Origin: Thermoplasmata archaeon | Lineage (GTDB): Archaea; Thermoplasmatota; Thermoplasmata; Thermoplasmatales; ARK-15 | Length of the DNA stretch: 60,220 nt | Reading direction: 5' to 3' | Assembly: GCA_049965455.1 (NCBI GenBank) | Contig: JBMFWH010000003.1 | Location: 1 to 60,220, forward strand | In this document: positions 58,328 through 60,220 of the stretch, in pieces | Numbering within the stretch: position 1 is the stretch's first letter | Layout of the letters: the number at the start of each line of letters is the position of its first letter | Made by a program: the position numbers and the translations under genes | The notes under the pieces: model-generated | Told to the model about the DNA's origin: nothing | Databases searched by the model: none | What the model saw: only the letters and a program-made list of their open reading frames with translations

Positions 58328-58918
58328 ATGTTCATTTCATTCGAAGGAATTGATGGTACCGGTAAGACCACCTTTGCAAAATATACTAAAAAATATCTAG
58401 AAAACGCTGGAAAAAAAGTGTATTTTACATATGAGCCCACAGATTCTCTAGTCAACGTTAAAAACCTGGTTGAGAAAAAATTGGATCCTTTTACACAGGC
58501 ACTGCTTTTCATGGCGGATAGGGTAGAACATATCAAAAGGATCAGAGAGCATCTGCAGAAAAATGAGGTTGTGATAATTGATAGATACGTAGATTCTACA
58601 TTTGCATATCAAGGCAGCCTTTTAGAGCCATTATTTAAAAGCAAGAAAAAAGCGTATGAGTATCTAGACCATATTTACGATCCATTTCGCTTGGATCCAG
58701 ATCTAACATTCTTGTTTATAGTAGATCCTAAAGTCGGGACAAACAGGGTTGCTAAAAGAACGGTGAGAGAGTACTTTGAAAACTTGGAAACTCTGGATAA
58801 AGTACAGGATTTCTATCTTTATCTCTCTAAATGCAGAGACTTCATAGTAATAGATTCGAATAGAGACCTAGACACAGTATGGGTCGAGCTAAAAAAGCAT
58901 CTTGAATCAAAATTATAA
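58328..58918 (+). CDS. tmk: Thymidylate kinase
   Basis: FEGIDGTGKTT, LF.ADR, DRY..S..AYQ. Confidence 0.93.
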   Translation: MFISFEGIDGTGKTTFAKYTKKYLENAGKKVYFTYEPTDSLVNVKNLVEKKLDPFTQALLFMADRVEHIKRIREHLQKNEVVIIDRYVDSTFAYQGSLLEPLFKSKKKAYEYLDHIYDPFRLDPDLTFLFIVDPKVGTNRVAKRTVREYFENLETLDKVQDFYLYLSKCRDFIVIDSNRDLDTVWVELKKHLESKL

Positions 58919-58945
58919 AATAGCTAGAATGTATTTCACTACCCG

Positions 58946-60034
58946 GTGAGAAAATTGAATAAGATACAGGAGTTAGTTAAAAAGACAGGTGTGGATGAGA
59001 TATTGATATACAACGGTGGAGAACCGTCTTTAGAACTGAACTTTTTTTACTTAACACAACTTTTTGACAGTGGCTTGTTTGAAGAATCTTACTTGATAGG
59101 GGGTTCTGATGAAAGCACAATATTGACATCCAGGCTTGAAGAGTTTAGCGCTAAAAAAAGCGGCTTGAACGTATCAGTTTATAAAGATAGCAAGGAACGA
59201 AATACGAAGATTAGCGAGCTGACAAATAAAGCAGCAAAAATCGGAATAAACATGGATTACTTCAGCGTCTCGGCGTTCAATAGACTTAAAGAGAATTTGA
59301 AAGACAAAGAGTTTGTGGATATATCCAAGGCAATACAGGAACTAAGGATGGTCAAAGAACCAAAAGAGCTCAATATACTCAGAGAGGCTGCAAAGATAGC
59401 ATCAGAGTCTGTAGAAGCGATCTTGAAAGACCTGAAGGAGGGGGTTAAAGAGTACGAAATTGCAGCGTTACTGACTTATACAATGCTCAAGAACGGCGCA
59501 TCAGACAACGCTTTCACTCCCATTATCGCGTTCGGCAAAAACAGTGCTGAACCGCACTATTTTGCAGGGGCGGTAAAACTGAAAAAAGGGGATTTTGTAT
59601 TGATGGATTTTGGAGCAAGGTACCAAAAATATAATTCTGACATTACCAGAACATATGTGTATGGCAGGGCAAATGACGCCCAGAAAGAAATGTACGAAAC
59701 CGTGCTAACTGCCCAGAAAATAGGCATTGAAAATGCCAGGGCTGGTAGAAACGGGAAGGATATTGATGGTGCAGTAAGAAGTTACATAGACAGCACTAAA
59801 TATAAGGGCCTGTTCATACATTCTCTAGGGCACGGCATAGGACTGGCTACGCATGACCACCCTGGCTTTGCACCTGGATATGAGCTGCAAACGAAAGAAA
59901 ACATGGTGATTACAGTCGAACCTGGCGTATATCAACCTGGATTTGGTGGGGTAAGAATTGAGGATGACGTAATATTGAAGCAAGGTGGCTGCGAAGTGAT
60001 TACCACTGCGCATAAGGAGCTAAGAGAGCTGTAA
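58946..60034 (+). CDS. Xaa-Pro aminopeptidase (M24B)
   Basis: DFGA..Y.SDITRT, HSLGHGIGL..HD, TVEPG, GVRIEDD. Confidence 0.92.
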   Translation: MRKLNKIQELVKKTGVDEILIYNGGEPSLELNFFYLTQLFDSGLFEESYLIGGSDESTILTSRLEEFSAKKSGLNVSVYKDSKERNTKISELTNKAAKIGINMDYFSVSAFNRLKENLKDKEFVDISKAIQELRMVKEPKELNILREAAKIASESVEAILKDLKEGVKEYEIAALLTYTMLKNGASDNAFTPIIAFGKNSAEPHYFAGAVKLKKGDFVLMDFGARYQKYNSDITRTYVYGRANDAQKEMYETVLTAQKIGIENARAGRNGKDIDGAVRSYIDSTKYKGLFIHSLGHGIGLATHDHPGFAPGYELQTKENMVITVEPGVYQPGFGGVRIEDDVILKQGGCEVITTAHKELREL

Positions 60035-60067
60035 AAATACTCCCTTTTTTATAGAAAAGTTAGGAGT

Positions 60068-60220
60068 TTGAGGGAAGCTGTAAAACTCCGACCTTTAGGG
60101 AGGAGATACACGGACTTCCCTCAATGGAAAATTTTAATGATAATTTTGCTATACTAATAAATAATGTTCAGAACTATTAAACTGAAACTCCCATATGACA
60201 AAACGCTCATTGAAACTGCC
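60068..60220 (+). mobile_element. tnpB: IS200/IS605-family (IS1341-type) left end plus start of tnpB, truncated by window edge
   Basis: Subterminal hairpin CTCCGACCTTTAGGGAGGAG; ORF from ATG 60164 MFRTIKLKLPYDKTLIETA; no tnpA upstream. Confidence 0.75.

Noticed and set aside
1537..60013. Numerous antisense or overlapping ORFs in the track (e.g. 2016..2495, 18196..18756, 56014..56637)
   Set aside because: Shadows of well-supported genes, with no motifs or initiation signals
1..60220. CRISPR array or rRNA genes
   Set aside because: No regularly spaced repeats or rRNA-like sequence seen; the repeats found are MITEs and IS ends

Overview
Core-genome segment of an archaeon, most consistent with class Thermoplasmata. 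Support: archaeal r-proteins, GatD/GatE, Alba, Cbf5/Nop5 and KEOPS Pcc1; no rpl34e/rpl14e around cmk; N-terminally extended SecY. It carries the L3-to-SecY ribosomal superoperon, a porGDAB-iorAB-GGR cluster, tRNA-Val(CAC) and many housekeeping genes. Mobile DNA is scattered throughout: an IS607 tnpA start at the left edge, an IS200/IS605 tnpB start at the right edge, two MITE families (two copies each, with TIRs and 8-bp TSDs), a nested tnpB/IS1634-like remnant and a cryptic tnpB N-terminal relic. The most interesting items are (1) a full-length bacterial-type queuosine enzyme QueA in an archaeon; (2) a four-gene operon (membrane protein, helical protein, SPFH protein with three zinc ribbons, zinc-ribbon protein) resembling a PspA-less Bacillus ydjG/ydjI envelope-stress module; (3) an orphan VirB2/TrbC-like pilin; (4) a structured ~125-nt leader before rpl3; and (5) an unannotated 54-aa acidic protein. 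No CRISPR array or rRNA was seen. Family calls come from motif recognition by eye; no database searches were run.
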